DNA of 64,000 bases from a virus (lineage: Duplodnaviria; Caudoviricetes). The notes below the pieces were generated by a model. The model worked only from the letters and a program-made list of their open reading frames with translations. It was not told the origin of the DNA and did no database searches. Each line of letters opens with the position of its first letter. Positions within the stretch are counted from its first letter, which is position 1. Of the stretch, positions 1 through 9,595 are shown piece by piece. Both the position numbers and the translations under genes were made by a program. The stretch spans positions 47,596 to 111,595 of IMG/VR virus record IMGVR_UViG_3300010150_000009; one strand, 5' to 3'.

Positions 1-1
1 A

Positions 2-445
2 AGTAATATAGAAACAGAGATTTGCACTACTCTTAATTTATTTAACTTTCATAATTTACCAGATGTTGCTGATTGGATCAAAGAAATTAAAAATTTAGAC
101 TCTTGGTATTTGAACTTGATGCACTATCCGTTACATTATAACATTCAAATGCATACTCCTGAAATAAAGAACATTATAGCAAATAAGTTGAGAGCATACA
201 ACTGGCAAGAGTTAATAGACAGGAAGTTTGATAATGTTAAAGAAATTGATTCTTTTATTAACTACATGCATAGCACTGATTTGAGAAATATTAAAGATGA
301 TGAAGACCATACGGATCGTATGTTAACTGACACTGCGAGAGTAGACAGCATGAGAACTAAGACGTTAAACGAAGTAGATCCGGTATTATCAGAGTATATT
401 GGTTACGAATACAATAAGTGCCTGCCACCTATGAATAACCAATGA
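2..445 (+). CDS. C-terminal part of a probable radical SAM protein (truncated by window start)
   Basis: Frame is open from position 2 (SNIETEICTTLNLFNFHNLPDVADW...). The C-terminus (..DSMRTKTLNEVDPVL) resembles phage twitch-type radical SAM tails. Stop overlaps the next ATG. Confidence 0.55.
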   Translation, partial: SNIETEICTTLNLFNFHNLPDVADWIKEIKNLDSWYLNLMHYPLHYNIQMHTPEIKNIIANKLRAYNWQELIDRKFDNVKEIDSFINYMHSTDLRNIKDDEDHTDRMLTDTARVDSMRTKTLNEVDPVLSEYIGYEYNKCLPPMNNQ

Positions 446-1743
446 ATACAAAGCCCGAAAACATGTGTTTGGCGCCATGGGTGCATACTTACCTAAGTCC
501 GCAAACAGAACGTAGATTGTGTTGTGCTTCGCGAGAACCCGCACAAAGTTTTAAGCAGTATATAGACACTGAAGCAGGCACAGGAGAATACAATCCAATA
601 ACGTTAGAAGAACATTGGAACAGCGAGTATATGAAAAGTGTGCGTAGAGCACATATGGCAGGAGAAGAGATAGATGCTTGCCAAGTATGTAACAAGAAGT
701 TACTAAACACAGACGTATATAGAGATTACTTTTGGAATTTGTTTAAACACAAATACGACGAAGTAGTAGCAAGCACGGACGAAACAGGCTACACTACGAT
801 GAAGCCAGTAAGTTGGGACTATCGCTTTAGTAACCTATGTAACTTTAAGTGCCGTATGTGTGGCGATATGTTAAGTAGCAGTTGGGAAACAGAGCAACGT
901 AGCAATGATATGATTAACTATAGCGATCCAAAGAACAATTGGATGGATCCAACTGTAAGAAAACAAATAAGCGAATTCCAATCGCAAGTAGTAGAGAAAG
1001 AGTTTGCCGATGCAGTAGCAGAGGGCAGAGTAGAGGAAATATATTGGGTAGGTGGTGAACCTCTAATGTTTGAAGAACATTGGAAGTATATGAAACAGAT
1101 TATAGAACAGGGAGATGGTGGTAAAGTATACGCAAGATATAATACAAACTTATCTCGTATAGAGTATAAAGGCGTACATTTATACAATGACATATTATGT
1201 AACATACGTGATTGGCAAATATGTGCCTCAATAGATGGCACTGGTCCTATAGGAGAATATATACGCGATGGATTGGAATGGAGTAAGTTTTTAGATTACT
1301 ATAAACAAGGTATGGCGGCACAAAAACATCCAAACCAAATGCGTTTAGACTTTACTTTAACTTTACCCGGGCTATACGAAGTAAAAAATATGTTTGATTT
1401 GAGTAAGGAGTTAGATACAATGTTATTAGCGAAGGTGACTTTTGCTTTTACGCCGGACATTATAATGAGTCCAATGTGTTTACCGCGTAACTTATTAAAC
1501 GATAAAGTAGATGAATTATTAGAACAATGCAGGGAGGCAACATGGAAACAACAACCGCTAATAGATGTATTAAAAAATCTAAAAGAAAGACCAACGTTCG
1601 CAGAAGAATGGCCTAACGAATACGAGGAAGGCCTTTTAAAAGGCAAGCAACGCATGGAAAAAATTGACAATCTGCGTAAAACCAGTTATAATATTAATAA
1701 TATTCTTCAAAGGGATATTTTAAATTGGTGGAACACTATATGA
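442..1743 (+). CDS. Radical SAM protein with N-terminal twitch/SPASM-like domain
   Basis: CxxxCxxC motif NLCNFKCRMC, GGEP motif, YNTN, SIDG. N-terminal CLAPWVH..LCC..CQVC. Confidence 0.9.
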   Translation: MNTKPENMCLAPWVHTYLSPQTERRLCCASREPAQSFKQYIDTEAGTGEYNPITLEEHWNSEYMKSVRRAHMAGEEIDACQVCNKKLLNTDVYRDYFWNLFKHKYDEVVASTDETGYTTMKPVSWDYRFSNLCNFKCRMCGDMLSSSWETEQRSNDMINYSDPKNNWMDPTVRKQISEFQSQVVEKEFADAVAEGRVEEIYWVGGEPLMFEEHWKYMKQIIEQGDGGKVYARYNTNLSRIEYKGVHLYNDILCNIRDWQICASIDGTGPIGEYIRDGLEWSKFLDYYKQGMAAQKHPNQMRLDFTLTLPGLYEVKNMFDLSKELDTMLLAKVTFAFTPDIIMSPMCLPRNLLNDKVDELLEQCREATWKQQPLIDVLKNLKERPTFAEEWPNEYEEGLLKGKQRMEKIDNLRKTSYNINNILQRDILNWWNTI

Positions 1744-2597
1744 AAAAAGACAGTATCTTAAATTTACAAAAAATTAATTCAGTAATTGATATTAATTTTG
1801 ATGAATTAAATAAACTCAATATGCCATTTTTACCTGAGATTAATTATATTTTCCATAAATTTTTTGACAAGCCCAATTTACAGTTTTCTGATTATGATAC
1901 ATCTACAGCGTCATGGGAATTTCCAGAATGCTATAAACTTCGATATTATTTGTATTATATATTATGTAAAAACATAATTAAAGATGCTACAATACTTGAT
2001 CTTGGATCCAATCTTAGTTTTTTTTCTGTGTGGGCGGCGCAGATCGGTGCGAAAGAAATAACTTCAATTGAACCAAACATGCGTAGATCAACACTAGGAA
2101 AGGAACTTGCTAGTATATGTAACCTAACAGATAAAATAACTAATCATACAATGTCTATAGATTCTACACTAACTACCGTTGATAACGAATTTATTACAGT
2201 AGATAGGCACATACCAAGAAAGAATATTAATTTAGATAGAGTAAATGTAGTGTTTATGCTTGATGTATTATATTATTTAGAAAACGGTATTCATGTTATT
2301 AGGCATGTTAAAGAAGTGATTAGACCAAAATACTTATTTTTAGAATCAACGGTAAAGGATGATATTTTTGAAAACGGACACTTTGAGGTATGGAAACCTA
2401 AACAAACCGACGAATCCATGGAGTCATATACTTCAGTTACTGGTTTAATGCCATCAAGAAACGCTATTGATTTTTTTGTCAAAGACCAAGGATGGAAAGT
2501 AAAAAAATATTATGATTACCAGTCATTTATTGGCCGCGGAGAATCTCCACCGAGAAAAGCAGGACGTAAATCTTTTTATCTATTAGAAAATACATAA
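1740..2597 (+). CDS. Class I SAM-dependent methyltransferase
   Basis: ILDLGSNLSFFS motif I, SIEP, DVLYY. ATG at 1740 overlaps the upstream stop (ATGA). Confidence 0.75.
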   Translation: MKKDSILNLQKINSVIDINFDELNKLNMPFLPEINYIFHKFFDKPNLQFSDYDTSTASWEFPECYKLRYYLYYILCKNIIKDATILDLGSNLSFFSVWAAQIGAKEITSIEPNMRRSTLGKELASICNLTDKITNHTMSIDSTLTTVDNEFITVDRHIPRKNINLDRVNVVFMLDVLYYLENGIHVIRHVKEVIRPKYLFLESTVKDDIFENGHFEVWKPKQTDESMESYTSVTGLMPSRNAIDFFVKDQGWKVKKYYDYQSFIGRGESPPRKAGRKSFYLLENT

Positions 2598-2615
2598 TAA
2601 AAGAGAAACTAATCA

Positions 2616-3701
2616 ATGAAAAAACTAGATGAAATTGTAATGACGTTAAGAACCAGACATTATAATACTATGGATGTCTATATTGATATATACGACACAG
2701 GGCTAAGCCGCAAATGGCTCACAGCATTAAACGGAATACTTAACGACAATTTAATACTCGAAAAGAACTATTGCTTTATGGGTTTTATGAATAGTAAACG
2801 CAACGGGCAATTAATACTTGATGAGATTAACGATACAGTGTTGTCTATTAATAATAGTTCATTAGATTACCATATAGAAACAGAACCATTTACAATGGAA
2901 AATTGTATCAACTATGGAGAAGTAGGATTCGGGCATTCTGGACTAACAATTAATCATGACAGATTTAATTGGTTACATAGATGGTTTGAAGAATTACAAG
3001 GAATAGACACTGGCGATTCATCCACATCAATGACCGAGCATTACCATAACGCAACTAAGGAAGAGAAGTATCACATTAGACAACTTAATTTATTATGCCA
3101 TGAGTTTGAGACATGGGCGTTGACTAACCGTAAGTTAGTTCAAGCACCTGAATGGATGCAGAAGTCACAATTAATGTGCTGGCTGAATTCACCAAGATTT
3201 GATTTAGTAGATGAAGCGGACTTTGAAGGCTTCGGCATCGACTCATTACTAAAAGCACCTGGTGGTGTATATGTAGGTATAAACAAGGCAATCGGAAAAT
3301 CACATTGGGAAGTTTTTACAGACGAAGGACCGGATAGTATGTTAGACGATGTGGTGACTACGTCGTGCAGAACACAAACAAAAGCTGCCGGCGATTTCGA
3401 TATTAGTTGGTCCAGAAAGGCAGATTTTCCTCAGTCAATGGACCAGATTAACCAATTTGTCGCCTGGTTAGAGAAGAATGGATTAGATCCTAAAGACCCA
3501 ACATTAACACTAGGACATCCACAAGTAGGACAGGTTAACTTACAAAAGTCTTTTAATACAGACATTCCATATTTAATTTGGTATGTAATGAATGATTATT
3601 TAGATGTTTATAAAATAAGAACATCAGACGCTAGTGCCACGTATGACTATTTTTGGCATGATGAGGATTTTAAAAATATGTCAATTAAGGAAATGCGTTA
3701 A
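2616..3701 (+). CDS. Hypothetical phage protein
   Basis: 361-aa ORF in operon. No motif recognised. Confidence 0.7.
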   Translation: MKKLDEIVMTLRTRHYNTMDVYIDIYDTGLSRKWLTALNGILNDNLILEKNYCFMGFMNSKRNGQLILDEINDTVLSINNSSLDYHIETEPFTMENCINYGEVGFGHSGLTINHDRFNWLHRWFEELQGIDTGDSSTSMTEHYHNATKEEKYHIRQLNLLCHEFETWALTNRKLVQAPEWMQKSQLMCWLNSPRFDLVDEADFEGFGIDSLLKAPGGVYVGINKAIGKSHWEVFTDEGPDSMLDDVVTTSCRTQTKAAGDFDISWSRKADFPQSMDQINQFVAWLEKNGLDPKDPTLTLGHPQVGQVNLQKSFNTDIPYLIWYVMNDYLDVYKIRTSDASATYDYFWHDEDFKNMSIKEMR

Positions 3702-4532
3702 ATGTTAGTTATATCCGGTGGTGACAGTTTTACGTTCGGTGCAGAACTTCCGGATGATGCCGGAGGCCCTAGTGAATTATGCTGGGCTAATTTAGTTTCT
3801 AAAAAATTAGATGCCCATATGCATATCAATACAGCCTCCAGTGGTAGAAGCAATTCTTTTATTACTCGACGTATATTATACACGGTCAATAAGGCATTAG
3901 AGAATGGGTATTTACCAGAGAATATTTTTGTTCAAATTATGTGGACATTTGTAGCAAGAAGAGAATTTAAGTTAATCAACGGAACGTTAAATGATCTAAT
4001 GTATAAACAAGATTCGGAATGGTTGGCTTTGGATCCATATTGTGCCACAAACGAGGCAAAATCAGACTGGTTTAAAAAGATACACCCCGACACGCCCAAT
4101 TACGCAAGCACCAAGTTTTCCTTAGAAAACAAGTATAATATTTACAAAGGTGCGGGCGTAGTAGACTTTGGTAAAGCATGGTATAATATTGTTAGCGACG
4201 AAGATGACGTATACTCAAGTTTAAAAGATATATTCTCACTTCAAAACTTCTTAAAAATTCATAATATTAATCATATATTTGCTTATACTGGGTATCATGT
4301 TCCTAAACAATTATTTGAAGATGAGACTAACGAATACGTTACTAGTTTGAGAAAAACAATTGACCAAGATTCTTGGTATCATTTTCCCGGAGACTGGCCG
4401 ACAAGCAAGTATATTGGTTTTAATGACTGGGGACTTATAAATAATTATGAATACGCTACATCACATCCTTTAGAAAAAGGACACGCAGATGCGGCAGAGT
4501 TAATTTATGAACACATTGAAAAGATATTATAA
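3702..4532 (+). CDS. SGNH/GDSL hydrolase-like protein
   Basis: GDSFTFG block I, G-x-SN block II, C-terminal SHPLEKGH. Confidence 0.75.
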   Translation: MLVISGGDSFTFGAELPDDAGGPSELCWANLVSKKLDAHMHINTASSGRSNSFITRRILYTVNKALENGYLPENIFVQIMWTFVARREFKLINGTLNDLMYKQDSEWLALDPYCATNEAKSDWFKKIHPDTPNYASTKFSLENKYNIYKGAGVVDFGKAWYNIVSDEDDVYSSLKDIFSLQNFLKIHNINHIFAYTGYHVPKQLFEDETNEYVTSLRKTIDQDSWYHFPGDWPTSKYIGFNDWGLINNYEYATSHPLEKGHADAAELIYEHIEKIL

Positions 4533-4641
4533 AAAAGCAAAGTATCAAGCCATGCGCCCTATTAACGCAATTAAACGCGAAATACGATATAGAAAGCGTT
4601 TAAAAGAACTAAAAAAGAGAGATCCATTTATATATAAATGA
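4507..4641 (+). CDS. Small basic phage protein (44 aa; not in ORF track)
   Basis: Translated by hand: MNTLKRYYKKAKYQAMRPINAIKREIRYRKRLKELKKRDPFIYK. Fills the gap and overlaps both neighbours. The KELxKRDPFIY ending is typical of small ORFs near marine phage carbamoyltransferases. Confidence 0.65.
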   Translation: MNTLKRYYKKAKYQAMRPINAIKREIRYRKRLKELKKRDPFIYK

Positions 4642-4871
4642 TTATAATCGATTACCACGGTTACACCGTGCAAGAAGCGTATGAAGATATTCAAAACACT
4701 GTTAAAGATTGTCACGAAGAACGAGTTAAAAAACTTAAAGTTATAACAGGCAAAGGAGAAATTTGTAGAGAGTTTCCTTTCTGGCTTGAGCGTAACCCAC
4801 TAGTTAGAAAAATAGAACAAACAAATGATGGCGGGTGTTTTCACTTATGGATATCAATCAAGAAAAAATAA
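4638..4871 (+). CDS. Stand-alone Smr domain protein
   Basis: IDYHGYTVQEA...LKVITGKG...NDGG matches the Smr pattern (DLHG, IxGKG). Confidence 0.8.
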   Translation: MIIIDYHGYTVQEAYEDIQNTVKDCHEERVKKLKVITGKGEICREFPFWLERNPLVRKIEQTNDGGCFHLWISIKKK

Positions 4872-5515
4872 TATTTACTAACGGTGATAGTTTTACTTTT
4901 GGTGACGAGTTGGAAAAACCGTATAGTTCATGCTGGCCTTTTAAGTTAAGTGAGTTAACTAGAGCACAAGTTATTAATTTTGGCAGAAGCGGAGCATCTA
5001 ACACTCGAATTGTTAATACAACTAAAAACTTTTACAATGATTTAGAAATGATTGGCTCAACTGGTGCAATCATTGCTGATGAGTCGCGATACAATCATAA
5101 TCCTAACAATGCAATTGCAATAATACAATGGACCACTTATCTTAGAATAGCACCCGAAGAAGTAAAAACGCTACCACGCGATATTTCATCTCTACCAAAT
5201 AAAGACGATATTGATCAATACTTATTAGATAAATTTTTTGTACAAGTAAGAGAGTTGCAGGAATTTTTCGAAGATAGAAGAATACCGTACTTGATGTTTA
5301 ATGCGTTTGAGAATGAAAAAATAATACCTAGGTGTAATTCTAAATTTAAAGAACTTGTAGACGATAAGTACTTTATAGGATGGCCAAATGAGGCGGTAGT
5401 AAATTGGGTATATGGGTTACCACATGGTCCTAAAGGCCATCCATTGGAAGATGGCCATACTAAAATAGCAGAGATTATCTATGACAATATTGGGAGTAAG
5501 TTACGGATTTCATGA
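4847..5515 (+). CDS. SGNH/GDSL hydrolase-like protein
   Basis: GDSFTFG, NFGRSGASN, GHPLEDGH. Paralog of 3702..4532. Confidence 0.75.
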   Translation: MDINQEKIIFTNGDSFTFGDELEKPYSSCWPFKLSELTRAQVINFGRSGASNTRIVNTTKNFYNDLEMIGSTGAIIADESRYNHNPNNAIAIIQWTTYLRIAPEEVKTLPRDISSLPNKDDIDQYLLDKFFVQVRELQEFFEDRRIPYLMFNAFENEKIIPRCNSKFKELVDDKYFIGWPNEAVVNWVYGLPHGPKGHPLEDGHTKIAEIIYDNIGSKLRIS

Positions 5516-7103
5516 CGCCGCAGCTAGCTTAATTGACAACGACGGCATTATACTTTTTGCAGGACATGCTGAACGTTACAGTAAGAAAAAACACGATAAG
5601 AATTTAAACCCCGGCCTAATAAAAGATGCTTTAAGTTTTAGTAATAGTCCTTTAGAAATAGTCGCATACTACGAAAATCCCTGGCTTAAGAAAACTCGCC
5701 AAGCATATTCTGGGCAGTGGGCAGATTTTTTTGATTTAGATAATATTAACATACGCAAGCAGTTACAAGAACAAACTAATTGCGTTGTGGGGAAAAACTG
5801 TAAATTTAAATACTACGGACATCACTTATCCCATGCGGCCGCCGGGTTTCAAACAAGCCCATTTGCTGATGCAACTGTAGTGGTCATTGATGCAATAGGA
5901 GAATGGGATACCATTACCATATGGGATGCAGAGTATGACAGAAACGGCAAAGCACAATATAAGAAAGTGTGGGGCGCAAAGTATCCAAACAGTATTGGTT
6001 TATTTTATAGTGCTATGACTGATCGCGTAGGCCTGCGCCCATTAGACGAAGAATATATCTTAATGGGAATGGCGGCATATGGGTTACCAATGTATACAAA
6101 AGATTTGATGGATACGTTTTGGGATATTAATGGTAAGAATATTATACGCATGAAAGAAAACTTACACGCTGGAACAGGCTGGCGCTCCGACGAGTTGATG
6201 GAAGAACAAGACAATTATGATATTGCCGCTTCATCTCAACAAGTATTAGAGTTTGTTGTAGGGCATATTATGGCCCATGCAAGGATAAGTTGTAAGTCTA
6301 AAAACTTAGTTTACATGGGTGGAGTTGCATTAAATTGTGTCGCTAATTCAAAGATAGCGAAAAATTGGAGCGACATTTGGATTATGCCTAACCCAGGCGA
6401 TGCTGGTAGTAGTTTAGGAGCCGCCGCATTAGCATACGGTAAGAGGTTAAGGTGGGAGAGTCCATATTTAGGATATAACATACCAGGTCAATACCCTGAA
6501 GTAGAGTTGTTAAAAGAATTATTAGAGGGTAATATCGTAGGTGTTGCTAACGGTAGAGCAGAGTTTGGACCACGCGCCTTAGGTAATAGAAGTTTGTTAG
6601 CAGATCCGCGTGGGAAACATATCAAAGACAAGGTAAATGAGATAAAGCGTAGACAAAAGTTTCGTCCATTTGCTCCAATGATACTAGAAGAGAAAGCAGA
6701 CGAATACTTTGAAATGCCCGCAACATTTGAATTTACGCCCAATCCAGACAATTCTGATTACGTGGTATTACACGGTATAAAGTTATTTCGTAACAGAACA
6801 AAACTTAGCTCACCTTATATGCAATATACAGCAAAGTGTAAACACCCAAAAGACTTCCCTGCCATAGTTCACGCAGATGGCACCAGCAGAGTTCAAACTG
6901 TAGGTCCTAATGATAATCCTGAGATAAGAAGTTTATTAAAAATGTGGGAATATTACACAGGCTGTCCTATGTTACTTAATACCAGTTTAAACATTAGGGG
7001 AGAGCCGGTAGTAAATAATTTTCAAGACGCAAAACGCTTTGAAGAAGCATACGGTATAAAAGTATTCACAATGGCTAAAGCGCCACCCCCGCCAACAAAA
7101 TAA
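5481..7103 (+). CDS. Carbamoyltransferase (NodU/CmcH/TobZ family)
   Basis: HDAAA, HHLSHAA, DAIGE, GGVALN, PGDAG, EFGPRALGNRS, RPFAP, HADGTSRVQT, LNTSLN. Confidence 0.95.
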   Translation: MTILGVSYGFHDAAASLIDNDGIILFAGHAERYSKKKHDKNLNPGLIKDALSFSNSPLEIVAYYENPWLKKTRQAYSGQWADFFDLDNINIRKQLQEQTNCVVGKNCKFKYYGHHLSHAAAGFQTSPFADATVVVIDAIGEWDTITIWDAEYDRNGKAQYKKVWGAKYPNSIGLFYSAMTDRVGLRPLDEEYILMGMAAYGLPMYTKDLMDTFWDINGKNIIRMKENLHAGTGWRSDELMEEQDNYDIAASSQQVLEFVVGHIMAHARISCKSKNLVYMGGVALNCVANSKIAKNWSDIWIMPNPGDAGSSLGAAALAYGKRLRWESPYLGYNIPGQYPEVELLKELLEGNIVGVANGRAEFGPRALGNRSLLADPRGKHIKDKVNEIKRRQKFRPFAPMILEEKADEYFEMPATFEFTPNPDNSDYVVLHGIKLFRNRTKLSSPYMQYTAKCKHPKDFPAIVHADGTSRVQTVGPNDNPEIRSLLKMWEYYTGCPMLLNTSLNIRGEPVVNNFQDAKRFEEAYGIKVFTMAKAPPPPTK

Positions 7104-7115
7104 CGCACCGCATAG

Positions 7116-7203
7116 TTATATGCTACTATTTAATATATCGTATATATTTTAAATATAATAGCATATAATAAAGTTAAGTAGGTTAGTGGAATTTCCTACT
7201 TAA
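7116..7203. other. AT-rich intergenic region with two inverted repeats
   Basis: ttatatgct...agcatataa and ttaagtagg...cctacttaa arms. Confidence 0.5.
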
Positions 7204-7222
7204 ATCAACGAGCGGGAAGCGA

Positions 7223-7927
7223 ATGTCTATTGAATTTAAGATAGGTGTGGATTATAGTTGTAATTTAGATAAGAAACCTGATTTAAATGTTTCTGTAATT
7301 GACAGTAACGATAATCAATTACCTATAACAAAGTTAGACGACATCTCATACACTGTAGATATTCATGACTATGAACCCAACTCTTATGTTCTAGAACTAG
7401 AGCACACTAACGCAGTTTACCCACAAGATTATTTAAATGGTGATTTTGGTATTGACATAAAAAGTCTGTACATCAACGGTGTTGATTTAAATGATTTAAT
7501 TCACAGACGCGGCCATTGTTATATGGATTGCACTAATAATTCTTACTATATTTTAGAGCAAATGAATAATAATAACTTTATTGTTGATGATTATAAACTA
7601 TTAAACTATAGACACAATCACGTAAAGTATAATAAACCAAAAGTGTTTGACCATACAAATAACGAATTTATTGAATATAGTGGTGTCTTTATTACTGACT
7701 CTGGCTATGTTATTAAAGGAAACAAAATGTATTATGATGCAACCGCTGATATAAACTTTATTAAAGAACATTCCAATAACGACTACTTGTACGTATACGA
7801 TAATAAATTAATGCACCATGTGCCAAATAGTTCTTGTTTAAATCTAAACGGTATATGGAAGTTTAAGTTTGAAACGCCACTCTACGGATGGGTCGTAGAT
7901 AATATTTTTGGCAATGACTTTGTTTGA
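7223..7927 (+). CDS. Hypothetical protein, paralog of 57466..58332
   Basis: Shares [22 protein letters not shown], HHxPNSSCL, TPLYGW and DNIFGND with the 57.5 kb ORF. Confidence 0.8.
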   Translation: MSIEFKIGVDYSCNLDKKPDLNVSVIDSNDNQLPITKLDDISYTVDIHDYEPNSYVLELEHTNAVYPQDYLNGDFGIDIKSLYINGVDLNDLIHRRGHCYMDCTNNSYYILEQMNNNNFIVDDYKLLNYRHNHVKYNKPKVFDHTNNEFIEYSGVFITDSGYVIKGNKMYYDATADINFIKEHSNNDYLYVYDNKLMHHVPNSSCLNLNGIWKFKFETPLYGWVVDNIFGNDFV

Positions 7928-9024
7928 TTGCGGACATGATGGAAATACTCTACAATAATCAGCATCCTGATGTCAATTCGTCTGGACACAATAATTATGG
8001 ATTTTTACATTTTACTGGTATTTTGTTAAATCTAAAGAATGAAATTGAAGATTTATTAAGTTTATTGAATGACAATGTTGATCAGTGTATAGAAGCAATT
8101 AAGAGTTTAGACGGCCAATTTGCATTAGTGTGGAAAACAGAATCATTTTGTCTTACAGTAACAGACTTTAGTCTAATGCAATTCTTATATATGTCAGATT
8201 CTCATATTACTACAGCCCCTATAACTAATACTGCACCACTTCCGTCTAACAGTATACAAGTTTATGACAACGATCTAAATCTAAAAAGATCAATTAACTT
8301 TTTTGAGAATTATAGTAGTGGGGCAACAAAAGAAGATTTTAACTTATTATCCGAGTCTGTAGTACAGACAGTAACACAATTGAGAAAAAAAGGCTCGTTA
8401 ACATTGTTACTGTCTGAAGGTATTGATAGTGGTTTTTTACATTGCGTATGTTTAAAAAATGGCGTCACAGTTGACGTTATTAATTACCAATGTTATCCAA
8501 TATACGAACCTGATTTTGCTTTAGTTAAGAAAAGAAAGCGTATACACACACGATATGATAAATCAGAGTTTAAAATTATAATTGATAACAAAACGCATTA
8601 TGATGGTGGAGAATTTGCACCAAATGTTGACACATGTATAAAAAATATTTTTTCTGAGAACATTGTATTGGCTGGGTTTAGTGCTGATCGCATGTTTACT
8701 GATAATGGGCATGAGGGACAGGAGTTGGATACTGATAATTCTTCTCGATGGGGAGGAATATTTCCGTTAGATTTGCACAATTACGAAAACTACTGGGTTA
8801 ACGAAGATAACATTAAACTTATGACTAATTTCCAAACAGTGTTTGGAAATAAAAAAATTTTTGATGTATTCTGTACAAAAAACACAGTGATAGAGTGGTA
8901 TAAGATAACTTCTTTAATAAAGAATACTCAACGTTATAAGCAGTGGATGATAGAATATAGCGAACAGATAAAGGGATATCCTAACTTAGTTGACAGAAAG
9001 AATGGAATTAGAATAAGTAGTTAA
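7924..9024 (+). CDS. Asparagine synthetase-like protein (N-type ATP pyrophosphatase, degenerate)
   Basis: LDGQFALV (GATase-II-like), LLLSEGIDS PP-loop, LAGFSADRMF. Confidence 0.65.
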   Translation: MIADMMEILYNNQHPDVNSSGHNNYGFLHFTGILLNLKNEIEDLLSLLNDNVDQCIEAIKSLDGQFALVWKTESFCLTVTDFSLMQFLYMSDSHITTAPITNTAPLPSNSIQVYDNDLNLKRSINFFENYSSGATKEDFNLLSESVVQTVTQLRKKGSLTLLLSEGIDSGFLHCVCLKNGVTVDVINYQCYPIYEPDFALVKKRKRIHTRYDKSEFKIIIDNKTHYDGGEFAPNVDTCIKNIFSENIVLAGFSADRMFTDNGHEGQELDTDNSSRWGGIFPLDLHNYENYWVNEDNIKLMTNFQTVFGNKKIFDVFCTKNTVIEWYKITSLIKNTQRYKQWMIEYSEQIKGYPNLVDRKNGIRISS

Positions 9025-9025
9025 T

Positions 9026-9595
9026 ATGGAAAAGAATACAATAGTAATATACGGTGCAAAGCGAAGTGGTAATCACTTACTCCAAAGTTATTTAAAAAGC
9101 AAAGGAGAGGAGTGCGAGTTTAAGCATGAAGCGTCCACAGCAAAAGAACTGTATGACGAAAAGGGCAAGCATTTAATAATATTAGTGCGTTCTCCACGTG
9201 ATCAACTTATCTCAAATATGTACTCTATGCAAAATGCATGGAGAAACGGCTATGATGTTGGGCACGTAAATAGACCACTCGAGGTATACGAACCACATGA
9301 AATTGCCGCAGATCATATAGCAAGAGCGTGTCAATATTTAAAAGCCTTTACAGATGACATGATACCGCTAGCGGCGAAGTATTCGTTTCAGTTCATATTA
9401 TATGATACCATGGTAAAGAAAGAGTTAAATACTAATTATATAATGCGCGGTTCCGAATATTATAAAAAAACAATTAGTAACTATTCTCACATCACAGAAA
9501 TGCTAGATAACACAGATTTAGAAAGTTACTGCTTAAATATTTGGAGAGTATTTAATTTACAACAGAAAGTTTTTTATCCTGAATTAGCAAACTAA
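9026..9595 (+). CDS. Sulfotransferase-like P-loop protein
   Basis: GAKRSGNHLL (5'-PSB-like) and LVRSPRDQLIS (3'-PB-like). Confidence 0.65.
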   Translation: MEKNTIVIYGAKRSGNHLLQSYLKSKGEECEFKHEASTAKELYDEKGKHLIILVRSPRDQLISNMYSMQNAWRNGYDVGHVNRPLEVYEPHEIAADHIARACQYLKAFTDDMIPLAAKYSFQFILYDTMVKKELNTNYIMRGSEYYKKTISNYSHITEMLDNTDLESYCLNIWRVFNLQQKVFYPELAN

